The translations under genes and the position numbers were made by a program. A model generated the notes under the pieces. The model had not been told where the DNA came from, made no database searches, and worked only from the letters and a program-made list of their open reading frames with translations. From the NCBI GenBank assembly GCA_976551045.1, contig CDPCPM010000408.1:2480001-2544000 (forward strand): DNA of 64,000 nt, given 5' to 3'. This document shows, piece by piece, positions 40,950 to 52,169 of the stretch (positions are counted from its first letter, which is position 1; each line of letters opens with the position of its first letter). This DNA comes from Glaucostegus cemiculus. Lineage: Eukaryota.

Positions 40950-41050
40950 TTAAGATAAGACAAGATCTCTTTATTAGTCACATGTACATCGAAACACACA
41001 GTGAAATGCATCTTTTGCATGGAGTGTTCGGGGGGGCAGCGCGCAACATA
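40950..41050 (-). mobile_element. Short non-autonomous element (same family as 28093-28230)
   Basis: AAGATAAGACAAGATCTCTTTATTAGTCACATGTACATCGAAACACACAGTGAAATGCATC. Confidence 0.65.
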
Positions 41051-41094
41051 ACAGCATAAATCAGCATTTAAAGGAAGAAAGGTTAATGAAGGAG

Positions 41095-41745
41095 TGAGTG
41101 GGAACTTGTTAAGGCAAGTCAAATCCAACTATCAAATGAACTTTTTGAGGAGATCATATTGAGGGTTGATACAGGTCTGCATGGACTTCAGCAAGCTAAC
41201 TGATAAAAATGCCACATGGCAGATTGACCAAGAATGTAGATGTCTGAGGGACACGAGCAAATGTGACAAGATAACTCAGTAGAAGAAAGCAAATGATAAC
41301 GGCTAGCAGGAATGTTCTGACTGCAAAGCTATGTGCTGTGGCAGTCTGCAGTATTTTGGACCAGGTTCTTTACTTTATGTTCAATATATGGATGATGACT
41401 TGGACTTATAAACAAGTGCCATGATTAAAAAGTTTTCTGATGATACCAAAACTGTTCAGTGTGATTGATACAGAGGAAGAAAGTTCTAGACTGTAGAAAA
41501 TATCAATGCACTGATTAGGCGAGCACAGGAGTGGAAAATGGAATTCAATCTGATGTACTGCATATGGGGTGAGCAAACAAGCAAGTGAACATACAGTTAG
41601 GATATTGATCAGTGTGGAGGAACAGCAGGACCTTGGAGTGCATATTCACAGATCTCTAAAGATAGCAGGACAGGTAAATTAGGTGGTTAAGAGGCTATTA
41701 TGTTTTTTTATTTGCTTTTATTATCCAAGGCAGAATGAAAAAGAG
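41095..41745 (+). mobile_element. Old CR1 RT fragment
   Basis: MDFSK..DK.PHGRL, KFSDDTK, WKMEFN, VEEQQDLGVHIH. Confidence 0.65.
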
Positions 41746-42039
41746 CACTCATTCTCCATGGGGTGGGGTTTGGATGCGTGATACTCAAGGTTCTAGACCT
41801 CAGCTTTGATGGGGTTGCATATCTAAATTGGTGAGTTACAGTATATTAGGTGTTGTTAGTTCTGTCGAGGGGAAACAGCAAATTACAAAAGCTCCATTGA
41901 CAAACTGAGTTTCCGCAGACGGAGCTTGATTTAAGAAATTGAGGAGGTTATCCAAGAAAGACATTTACCGCAGGGTGAGATATTATTAGCAGTAGGTTTC
42001 CACTAAAACAAATGCACAGGATTGACGGCCTTTGCTCAA

Positions 42040-42370
42040 GGACTGAAACTAAAAATAAGGAAGTGCCTTAAGCAGACCCTCTCTGGAGAACTACATGCAG
42101 TTTCAGCCACCAACTGTAAAGGGAGATATAATGGCTTGTAGGGTGTGGAGCACACGTTCACCAGAATGATACAGAGCTCTAGTTGTATAAATTTGCCTTG
42201 TATACAACCCAGGGCTCGGTATCATTCTAGTGAACGTGTGCTCCTCACCCTACAAGTCATTATATCTCTAAGTAATCCCTTCAATTTAAGGGTTTAAAAT
42301 AACAGAATTGATAGGGTAGATTCAGACTATTTTCTCTGGTGGAGGAAAGCAAAGGCAAAGGACATGGGGC
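42040..42370 (+). mobile_element. Old CR1 fragment containing an inverted duplication
   Basis: CAGACCCTCTCTGGAGAACTAC (RP.LE.), GATATAATGGC...TTCACCAGAATGATAC (DIMA..FTRMI), GATAGGGTAGAT (DRVD). Confidence 0.55.
42123..42268. repeat. Inverted repeat, ~67 bp arms with an 11 nt loop
   Basis: 42123-42189 versus the reverse complement of 42201-42268: about 6 substitutions and 1 gap by eye. Confidence 0.9.
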
Positions 42371-42442
42371 CAAATCAGGTTGCACCCAGCCCATTGGCTG
42401 AATGCCACATATCCACTCTATCTTTTTTTAGACACAAAAAGC

Positions 42443-42484
42443 TAAACAAACTGACTTCCTTCATAAACAAACTGACTTCCTTCA
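42443..42484. repeat. Exact 21-bp tandem duplication
   Basis: TAAACAAACTGACTTCCTTCA occurs twice. Confidence 0.9.
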
Positions 42485-43027
42485 TTTCAGAAGCAGCCCA
42501 CACTGTGGAGCAGCTTCCAAGTAGCCAAAAGGTCTTGCACGATGTGGCATGAAGGTTGCATCACCACTGTGTCCTGGCAGTCTTTCATGGCTTGCCCTTG
42601 ACAAAGGCTTTTGGTGTCTGATAAAAACTTATTCAAAAGGTTAAATTATTTAAAATTTAAAGAATTAAAAATGAACTTAATTTAAAATATTTTAACATAT
42701 TAGCAATAAGTAATAAAATGAAAATAAAGTGGAATGAACAACTCATTTACACTCAATTACCTTTTCCCTACAAGGTCAGCAGCCCCATTTTTATATTAGC
42801 CATCTCTATGTAAATGTAGGGGGCTTCCAGACTCTCTCGCCAGAATTTGAGTATTCTTTATCCGAGACCAGTGCTGTGGTCAGCAGCAGAGAGAGGTGTG
42901 ATGTGCTGGTATCTGGACTTAAGGTAATATGGATGATTGTATTAGGCCAAGAGCAGACAAATTCTTGATGCACTGAGGCCTGAACGGTGACAGACAGCAG
43001 ATCCCCAAGGATACATCTGTTGCAAGT

Positions 43028-43232
43028 CAGGCAGCATCCGTGGAGAAAAGCAGTGCGGTCAACGTTTCAGATCAGGACCCTTCTTCAGGACTAATGCAGT
43101 CCCGAAGAAGGGTCCTGACCCGAAATGTTGACCGTCTGCTTTTCTCCATGGATGCTGCCTGGCCTGCTCAGTTCCCCCAGCATCATTGTGTCTTTCCATC
43201 TAGATTCCAGCATCTGCAGTCCTTTGTTTCTC
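43028..43232. mobile_element. Palindromic Penelope-terminus element (best preserved copy)
   Basis: Arms 43028-43092 and 43098-43161 around the loop AATGC, followed by ...GTTCCCCCAGCATC...TAGATTCCAGCATCTGCAG. Confidence 0.8.
43057..43092 (-). ncRNA. Candidate minimal type I hammerhead ribozyme
   Basis: AGUC-CUGAAGA-A-GGGU(CCUG)AUCU-GAAAC-GUU|GACC: core, stem II, palindromic ACGU stem III and a GUC/GAC stem I. Confidence 0.55.
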
Positions 43233-43984
43233 ATCTGTTGCGAGTCACTCGATTCAATCCAGTATCTTAAAGACAGAGCAAGACTGCTCCGGATAAAATC
43301 GGAACATATTTTCTCACACAAAAGGATGATGAAATTTGGAACACTCCTACACAAGTGCAAAGTGGACTTCATACAAACTGCGTACAAGGTGTGTTTATCT
43401 GCAAACCTCAAACTAACCCATTGTGTAGTCATCATAGTGCAAAGTTTGCAAGTCATAACTTAGCTATAAAAAATGAACTCACAAGGCAGGCACTATTTAT
43501 ACTTTGCAGAAACTGTTAATACATCACTTACTCCAGCAAGGTGGTCCAGGTCAACTGAGTTCAGTTCAGTGACACAAAGGGGAGAAGTAATTTACAAAAG
43601 GTTGGGAAGTACAGATCACCAGGTTCTGCTCGAAGTATTAATTAGTTCCACATTATTCTACTGAGAACTAGGAGACTGCTAAAGACCAGTCTTGCTGTGA
43701 CAAATATTTTGCTGCATTTTGTTCTGTTTAAATGCCAGAAGGGAATGTGAAATTTGAGCTCCAATTCCTGATAACTCATTAGTGGAAGTAGGTCCTTAAA
43801 ACTCTGCATCTCATCATGGATTATTAAAAAACCAAAGCACAGTAATAAGATGCCGAGCAGAACAGCAGCAGTCACCACTTCCTATCCCAAAAGAGTTGTC
43901 TTAAGAATCCTCCAGGCAAGATTAACGGATTGAAATTGTGAACAAACCATTCATCATTCTACGCACCTTTGCTTAATCTTAGTG

Positions 43985-44150
43985 CTAGCTCAGAGTCAGC
44001 ATTCTTGTCTCAGTGTCAGAAAATTAAGATTCAAACCCCATTCCAGAGATTCGTGCACATGACTGACACTTCAGATAAAGTACAACCAAGTTGTTCTCAT
44101 GCTGAGCCACCTGTATTCCAATAACATTAGCTGCAGCTCAGTCAACAGCA
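43985..44150 (+). mobile_element. Decayed tRNA-head (Deu-like) SINE
   Basis: TAGCTCAG...GATTCAAACCCCATTCCAGAGA...CTGACACTTCAG. Confidence 0.4.
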
Positions 44151-44619
44151 CATAGTCCAGATAAGGAGAAATCAAATCACACTCCAGAGAGCACAAATTT
44201 TGGGGCTATACACTAATGCAGTGCCACAAATTTCAGAGAGCACTCCTGTAAACTGATTGGCTTCTTTCAGAGGGCAGTTAAAAGTCAAATGCATTGAGGG
44301 TCCCAGTCTGAATAAGCAAGGATGCCAGATTTCCTAAAGGCCATTAGTGAAATAGAGAGATGTTTACACAACAATTAATTACGTTCATGGTCACAGTCAA
44401 GATTCTTAATTCCAGATTTAATTTAAATTCCACTGTTTCCAAGGTGGGATTTCAACATATCCAGAATAATAAAATATAATCCTCTGGATACTAGTCCAGT
44501 AGTTTAGCCACCAAATGACCACATCAATCATTTGCTTCAACCTCTCCACTGTTTTTGACTTGTCTTGTTTACCTGATTCCCATTAATGGATGGCAGTAAT
44601 TACCTAAAACTACATACTA

Positions 44620-45400
44620 GGAAGACCATTGTTAGTCCTCACTGCCATAGCCATCACAACCCCTCCCATGGCTGTTAAGCTTGTATCAGACTCTCTACAT
44701 TTATTGTCACAGTTGACAAAGAGACTAGCTCCAAGCACATATCCACACCGCCAATGAAACTGCTCAACCTTTTCTCCAGTGCAGCTCCCCTACTGTTGAG
44801 ACCCTTGTCCAGGCCTGAAGTGCTTCTTGAGTGTTTCTCAAGTCACACTCATTAAAACTAGTGGAGAATATCTCATACTGACTGGAAAGGATTTGAGATT
44901 TCAGGAGTTTAGTTACTCATCATAGTATACCAGCCTCTGCTCTTTTGGCCACAATATTTACGTAGTTGGTCCAGCTGAGATTCTAATCAGTGGTAATTCC
45001 CAGGATGTTGATGGTGGGGGACTCAGCAAAGTTGATGCCACTAAACATCAAGGCTGGAAGGTTAGGGTCCCCCTTGCTGGAATTGGTCAGTGTCTCATAT
45101 ATTCATAGTACAAATGTTATTTCTTACCCATCAGCCCTTGCCTGAATGTTGTCTTGGTTTTGCATCACAGGCACGAACTACTTCATTTGCTAAGGAACTG
45201 AATGGAAGTAAATATTGCACAAGCAGCAAGGCTCCCCACTTCTGACCTTACGATGGAATAAAGTTATTCCAGCATCAGCAGAATCTCTTGTTGCCTCCGT
45301 GATAGAATAACATTGTTGATTAGGCAACCGTAAATGCTTGGGCCACAACTCCCAAAAATATAAAATACTGGGGCAGTAGGTAAATAACCCTTATTTTTTA
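44620..45400 (-). mobile_element. Old CR1-group element (same family as 15895-16740)
   Basis: CAGGATGTTGATGGTGGGGGACTCAG is the reverse of ESPTINILG; GCCTGAATGTTGTC is the reverse of DNIQA. Confidence 0.5.
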
Positions 45401-45644
45401 TTGTTATCCTCTGATACCGCACTCATATTTAGCACACTATCAACCATGTACATACAATGTAAATAAAACAGGAAATTTCAAGAAAAATAGTATGCCTTAA
45501 ATGGCAGCTGAAAAGCAACGCAGGGGAGTGGTGAAGGATTTAATTCTTCTGGTTGCCTGTTAGAGAGTGTTTGTTCTTCACCCTTCATACTTCCAATTAC
45601 CATCTTAATTTGTTGTAAAATCAGAAAATTATAGAACGACATAG

Positions 45645-45990
45645 GAGATCAGGCAGCATCTAGAGTTAGTGGTTTCAGGTCAATGATCTTTTATCAAACT
45701 TGAATAAGTTAGAGATAAACAAATCTTAGAAAGCAAAGACAAGAAAACAGAAGTGAAAAATCTGGGACAAGGTGGAACGCAGAATGGATTACATGACCAA
45801 AATATGACTGGGCATGGCAAAAGAGGGTCATACATGAATGAGAACCTAAAACTAGATCTGAGATGACACAAGTCACATAACAGTTCATTCTCTGAAATTA
45901 TGGTATGGTGCTGTTTCCAGAAAGCTGGAATGAGCTGATGTTCCAATGAAGATGAATACAACGTTCCATGTTCAAGGAGCACAAACCTCA
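45645..45990 (-). mobile_element. Decayed Penelope 3' terminus
   Basis: TCAGGCAGCATC...GTTTCAGGTCAATGATCTTTTATCA plus a purine-rich tract. Confidence 0.5.
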
Positions 45991-46024
45991 TCCTTTAACC
46001 AAGCAGATTACAACCTCTGGCTTT

Positions 46025-46412
46025 AATACGGTAAATCTCTGATGATCCAGCACACTTGGGACTTTGGTAGTGCTGGACCAGCAGATTTTCCAGACCATTG
46101 GATATTACTCCCATTAATACACTTCTCTTTTCTTTTTTTTGTTAAATATATTGCACAGTGGTATACTAAATTTTCAAGTGAACCCAGCAAGTTTAAAGGG
46201 AGCCTCAGATCCAATAACTCCAGACACTGGCTCCGGCTACATGCAGAACCCCCACTGTGGACCCTAACCATGGCTGCACTCCTGATCTCTTGCTCTGGCC
46301 ATGCACCCTGACTCCATTCTGGACCCTAGTTCACATTTGGACTAATAAGTGAGCCAGATGCCAAACCATCAGGATTTCCAAACAACTGGACACTGGATTG
46401 GAGTATTTTATA
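46025..46412. mobile_element. Possible Tigger/pogo-like MITE
   Basis: Left end TACGGTAAATCTCTGATGATCCAGCA and right end CTGGATTGGAGTATTTTA resemble a decayed TA-CAGTAAAA...ATCCGG terminal inverted repeat. Confidence 0.3.
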
Positions 46413-46579
46413 CCAAGTTCAATGACCAGATAGTGATTCTACTACTCATTATACCTCCACCACATCTCTCTTCTTTACATGTCCCATTACCACCCTCTTT
46501 TGCGTTGCCCCACCATCCTTCCCATCCTAGCATTAATCTCTCCTGCATTCCACAGTGCCATGGTTCCCTTTTGTTGCTT

Positions 46580-46925
46580 GGAGACACAAGAGACTGCAGA
46601 TGCTGAAAGCTGAAGCAACAATCTACTGAAGGAACTCAATAGGTCGAGCAGCATCTGTGGGGAAGGGAGCTGTCAGTCCTGATGTAGGGTTTTGACCTAA
46701 AACATCGCCAGCAGATTGCTGCTCCCTTTGTTGCTTTCTCCCCACTCCCCCCTATTTTCTCTGCACCTGAATTTGTTACACTTCAAATTTGTTCTTGTTA
46801 TAATTATAGGTTATCGACCTGAAACTTTATTTTATAAATGTAGTACATCTCCACAGACATTGCACAACTTGAGTACTTGCAGCAGTTTTGGCTTTTACTT
46901 CAGATTTCTGGCATCAGCAACATTT
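46580..46925. mobile_element. Composite Penelope-terminus repeats
   Basis: ACTGCAGATGCTG...GGTCGAGCAGCATCTGTGG, AGTCCTGATGTAGGGTTTTGACCTAAAAC, GGTTATCGACCTGAAAC...CTCCACAGA. Confidence 0.55.
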
Positions 46926-48839
46926 ATTTTAATATTAAATTGTGACATACTTTTCACCCACACCGCTAATGTGGCACATCCCATTGTAACAATACCCCAC
47001 TAACTCCAAAGATAAGTGGCAATACACACCCTTGCAGAGTGAACAATTGGACCATCTTGGTTTACACTCAACGCTAACATCAAACTTTGGACAGCATGAA
47101 CCAAACTGAAAGCAGTCTCTCACGTAAAGCGTACAATGAGTATGATCCAACTCATACATTAAATCACCTACTCCCACCTGCTGATGATTCACAAGGGCCA
47201 ATTCCAATCAGAAATCCACACAATGACTCGCTATGCTAACCAGATATGCCAGTGCACTTGGAGCCAAGATCACACAATGAACAGGATGATTCTCAACACT
47301 TCCAGATGACTCATTTTATCACCCGCTGTGTGATCCAAATAAGGGACTGTTTACACTGATGTCAGGTGACAAACAATCAGCATGTTCACAGTTTTAATAA
47401 ATGCAAGATACAGTGATGAGATAAATGTAGAGGATGCAACTAGTTCACAATTAAATCCAACTCACTAAATTTGCAATTAGCACAATAAGAAAGTCATATC
47501 ATGACAGGTTAAGAATTCCATTTCACAACTTCATACTTCACATCCTAGAAAACCACAGACTCTTGCACACAGTCCCTATAATCTCTACTGCCACTCACAT
47601 GCAGAAATAATATGTTTCCTTAGCACTCACAAGTGGGAGTACCACATGTCCCAGTGCATGACCCTCACACTAGCTCCAGAACCCCTGCCCACATAATGGT
47701 GTTCTTCAGTCTGAACCTGCCCCTTGCCCGCAGATACACCAGGTGCATGGTAACCATCCGTCGACTGTATTGCATATGTCAAGGCAAGCAAAAAGAGAAG
47801 CAGAAAACTTCATCTCCTTTGTATGACCAAGAATTTAAAGAAAAAATGCATGACTTTTGTGATCCTCCAATAGCAACATGAGGAAGCTCCTGCATTAATT
47901 GGAACATAGTGCCACAGGAAATTTTCAGAAGGACCAATATCTGAATGTTCAGAAGGACATTCTCTGCATGAGGAATTTTAAAAAGTAGAACTTACAACAG
48001 AAAACAAAAAATCTTCAATAAGTCTCAAAGATGAGTCTTGTACTCACTCCTTGTGTGAAAAACAGTGTCTAGTAAATTACTGAAGTAACAGCTGAGATTT
48101 ACTATCACCATAATTGGGTGTAGCACAATGTTTTTAAACACTTCAGCCTATTACAATCAAGCTGAAACCTGTGTATACCATTTACAGTCCAGTGCAATAG
48201 ATTAATGTCGACAATTCCTTCCCCCCCACCCCCCCTGCAGATGCTGCTCAACACGCTGAATTCCTCCAGCAGATTATTCGCTGCAATGGATTTAACTGTA
48301 TTTTACATCCCTGCTGTTGCCCAGATGAGCCTGAAAGCCTCTGGGTTCTTGTAGAAATCCAACTAATTACAGCCAAGTTAAAGGAGCTCAGAATGAAGGA
48401 TCAGACTTATAATCAAGAAATCGTTTCACTGAACTAAAATATACGGTGGGCACAAGAATGACATTCATCACCTTGTACAGTAGAATGTCACATGCATTCA
48501 TTCAGAAAGTGTAGCTGTCAAAGGCCCAGGATTGCATCTACTCCATAGTCTCTCAGGAATTCAAAGATGAAACTCAAAGTAAGCTTTCATGAAAAGTATG
48601 AAAACAGCTCTGATTCAAGTAAGATTGCAGTTTCTGAAATGACTAGAGGTGATAAACAACAATATTGAACAACTGGAAAGATTTAAGACAGTATTTAGAA
48701 TACAAGAGAAATGTATTCCACAAAAAGAACATATTAAACACTAAAGGGAATTATGTCTTCACTTATCCATGAATTGAGGATCAGAAAAGACATGTGCATG
48801 AAGTACATAGTTCCGAGCTGCATGGTAAAAAGAGAATAC

Positions 48840-49065
48840 CAAGAACACAAGTAAACAGGAGTAGGCCACCTGGTCCCTCAAGACTGCCTTGCCATTCAAT
48901 ATGATTATGGCTGATCTGGACTGGTCTCAACTCCTTTTCTGTGTCGGTTCCCCATATCCCTCAATTCCTGTATCTTTCAAGTATTTATCTCCACCTCGAG
49001 TATACCCTATGATCTGGACTCCACCACCCTTGGGGGCAGAGAATTCCAGAGATTCACTACACTTT
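48840..49065 (-). mobile_element. CR1 3' UTR fragment
   Basis: CAGGAGTAGGCCA...CCATTCAATATGATTATGGCTGATC...GGCAGAGAATTCCAGAGATTCACTAC. Confidence 0.7.
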
Positions 49066-49099
49066 ATCCGCCAAGGGATTATGAGAGAAATAAATAAAT

Positions 49100-50356
49100 A
49101 AATAGCTAGGCAAAGGGGAAGTATGGAATTAAATTATCAGGGAACATAAATAGTGAAGTATTTCACAAATGTTAATTAAAAGCAAGGATGGGATGGCAAT
49201 AAGGCAATTAAGACATAGACAGAAGAATGCTGTGGGCAATGTTAGGGAATTAGCAGAAATATTAAATTGCTAATTTTGCTTCATACTTTCAAGGGGGAAT
49301 AAAACAGGTGGATGCAACATATGTTGAGAGGAGTGCTTTTATAATAGAAAAATGAGTAGTAAATAATCAAACTCGTACCATAAAGCCCTGGTTCAAGTGG
49401 ATTTTAAAAGAATGAAGGAAAGGGATAGTAGAGACATTACTACACATATTTAATAATTTGTTACAGAAAGCCATTGTGCCAGAGGACTAGCAGATAGCCA
49501 ATGCAATACCTGTATTAAGGGGAATAGCATATGCCTAAGGAATTACAGTCAGTTTAACACTCATAAAAGCAAAAATAATGGAACCATCCTCTAAGGAGAG
49601 GATAGAGGCACATCTAGAAGCATGAAAATGAAGCATCTTGACCAAACTTTTGAATATTTTAAGGTGGTAGCAGAGCATATAGAAATATTGAATTAGATGC
49701 AATTTATTTAAATTTTCTAAAGTCCTCCAATAAGGTTTCCCCATAATAGTTTAATAAGGCCTGAGAATGCAGAGTCTCATTCCAACTAGCAGAATGGATT
49801 GCTAGATCACTTCTGGGCAGAAAGCAGAAATGAAGGGTAGCTCTTCACAATACTAGGTAATGGTGCTTCAGAGCCATCATCACTGGGACCATCATGGTTT
49901 ACAATGCAAATTCATAACTAGAATCTGGAACCAAAAGTAGACCTACTAAATTTGTAGTTGAGACCAAATTTGGGATGGGAGCAAGCAGACTAGTCAATAC
50001 TGAGGAATAAAATTAGACAGAAGGACATTAAACCACAGAAGAGGCAAACAAATGTCAAATTAATTCAATGCAAATAAATAATTAGGAAAAAAAGAGTGGT
50101 GTGGGATCATTTAGTGCCCGGTAAAGTTCTACATCCAAAAGATCTTGAAGTACTACAAGATGTATCGCAGGTTAGCAAGCTCATTAAAAGAAAATAATCA
50201 GACAAAACTGGAGCTATTTCTAGAGGGACAAAATGGAAAAGTAGGGAGGTTATGTTAAACTTGCATAGAATCTTTGTCAGACTATAGAGTAGTGTGCACG
50301 ATTCTGGACAGTATACTATTGAAAGGATGTAGAGATGAAGAATGAAATAGGAGGGT
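49100..50356 (+). mobile_element. Very old CR1 ORF2 (resumes at ~51620-51970)
   Basis: Decayed FAS.F, VPED*.IAN, GNY..VSLT, KF..ETK and SREVML.L motifs. Confidence 0.55.
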
Positions 50357-51615
50357 ATGCATATCAGGAAATTCTTTGAGGAAGTAACAGGCAGGATAGA
50401 CAAGCGAGAGTCAGCGGATATTGTTTACTTGGATTTTCAGAAGGCCTTTAACAAGATGCCATACATGAGGCTGCTAAACAAGATAGGAGCCAATGGCATT
50501 ACAGGAACGGTCCTAGCATGGATAGAAGATTGGCTGACTGGCAGAAGGCAAAGAATAGGAATAAAGGGGGCCTTTTCCGGCTGGCTGCTGGTGACTATGG
50601 TGTTTTGCAGGGGTCAATGTTTGATCTGCTACTTTTCATGTTCTCTGTTAATGATCTGGATGACAGAATTGATGGCTTTGTGGCCAAGTTTGCAGATGAT
50701 ACAAAGATAGGTGGAGGGGCAGGTGAGGTTGAGGAAGCAAGGAGTCTGCAGAAGAACTTGGAGAGGTTGGGAGAATGGGCAAAGAAATGGCAGATGGAAT
50801 ACAGCGTAGGGAAGTGTATGATCATGCACTTTAGTAGAAGGAATTAGGGCATAGACTATTTTCTAAATGGGGAGCGAAATCAGAAATTGGAGGTGCAAAG
50901 GGATTTGAGAACCCTGGTGCAGAATTCCCTGAAGGTTAACTTGTAGGTTGAGACAGTAAGGAAGGAAGGCAAATGCAATGTTAGCATTCATTTTGAGAGG
51001 ACCAGAATATAAAAGCAAGGATGTAATGCAGAGGCTTTATAAGACATTGGTCAGACCACATTTGGAGTACTCAGAGCAGTTTTGCACCCCATATCTAAGG
51101 ATGGATGTGCTGGCATTGGAGAGGGTCTAGAGGAGGTTTATGAGAACGATCCCAGGAATGAGAGGGTTAACGTACAAGGAGCGTTAGATGGCTCTGGGCC
51201 TGTACTCGCTGGAGCTTATTAGAATGAGGGTGGACTCTCATTGAAACCTACCAAATATTGAAAGGCCTGGACAGAGTAGACGTGGAGAGCATGTTTCCAG
51301 TAGTGGGAGAGTCTAGGACCAGAGGGCACAGCCTCAGAATAGAAGGACGTCCCTTTAGAACAGAGATGAGGAGGAATTTCTTTAGCCAGAGGGTGGTGAA
51401 TCTGTGGAATTCACTACGACAGATGGCTGTGGAGGCCAAGTCATTGGGTATACTTAAAGCAGAGGTTGATAGGTTCTTGATTAGGAAGGGTGTCAAAGGT
51501 TACAGGGAGAAGGCAGGAAGATGAGGTTGAGAGGGAAAATTAAATCACCCATGAACGAAAAGCAGAACAGATTCAATGGGCTGAATGGCCTGATTCTACT
51601 CATACGTCTTATGCA
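50357..51615 (+). mobile_element. CR1 RT and 3' end nested in the older CR1
   Basis: FFEEVT..ID...DIVYLDFQKAF, KFADDTK, ESRTRGHSL, FFSQRVVNLWNSL; tail GGGCTGAATGGCCT...CGTCTTATG. Confidence 0.92.
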
Positions 51616-52169
51616 AAGGACGAACGTACCAGGCTCTTTGAAATAATGAAAGATTTTGATAAAAGAGAACATTTCCACTTGTGCAGAAGAATGTAACTTG
51701 GGGCAGTCAATTTAAGGTGATTGCACAGAAATCCAGCAGTGAATTCAGAAGACCCTTCATTACCGAAGCATGTTGAGAATATGGAACCCAGTCCCAAAGG
51801 AAGGGGTTGAAGCAAATAGTACAAACAAATTTAAGAGAAAGGTGAACGAACCATAAGGAAGAGGGTGAAGCTAATAGGTGTAGTTGAGTAAAAACAGGGG
51901 GGACATCAGAACGCAGCACGGGCTGGCGGGGCCACGCAACCCATTTCTGTCCCATACTTCCTGCGTAATCCAATGAACCTGCTAAGCAGCTCCAAATTAT
52001 AACTAGCTTCCTGGTAAAATCAGTCATCATCCCACTTAAGCTCAAAGTAATCCCCTGCGTGAGAACTATACTGCCTGGATAACAAAGCGAGATTTATCTT
52101 TGGGAGAAGTAGACTGCTGATCAGAAATTTTTCAAAATGCCCTAAGCATTCAGACAGTGCTACATCTAC

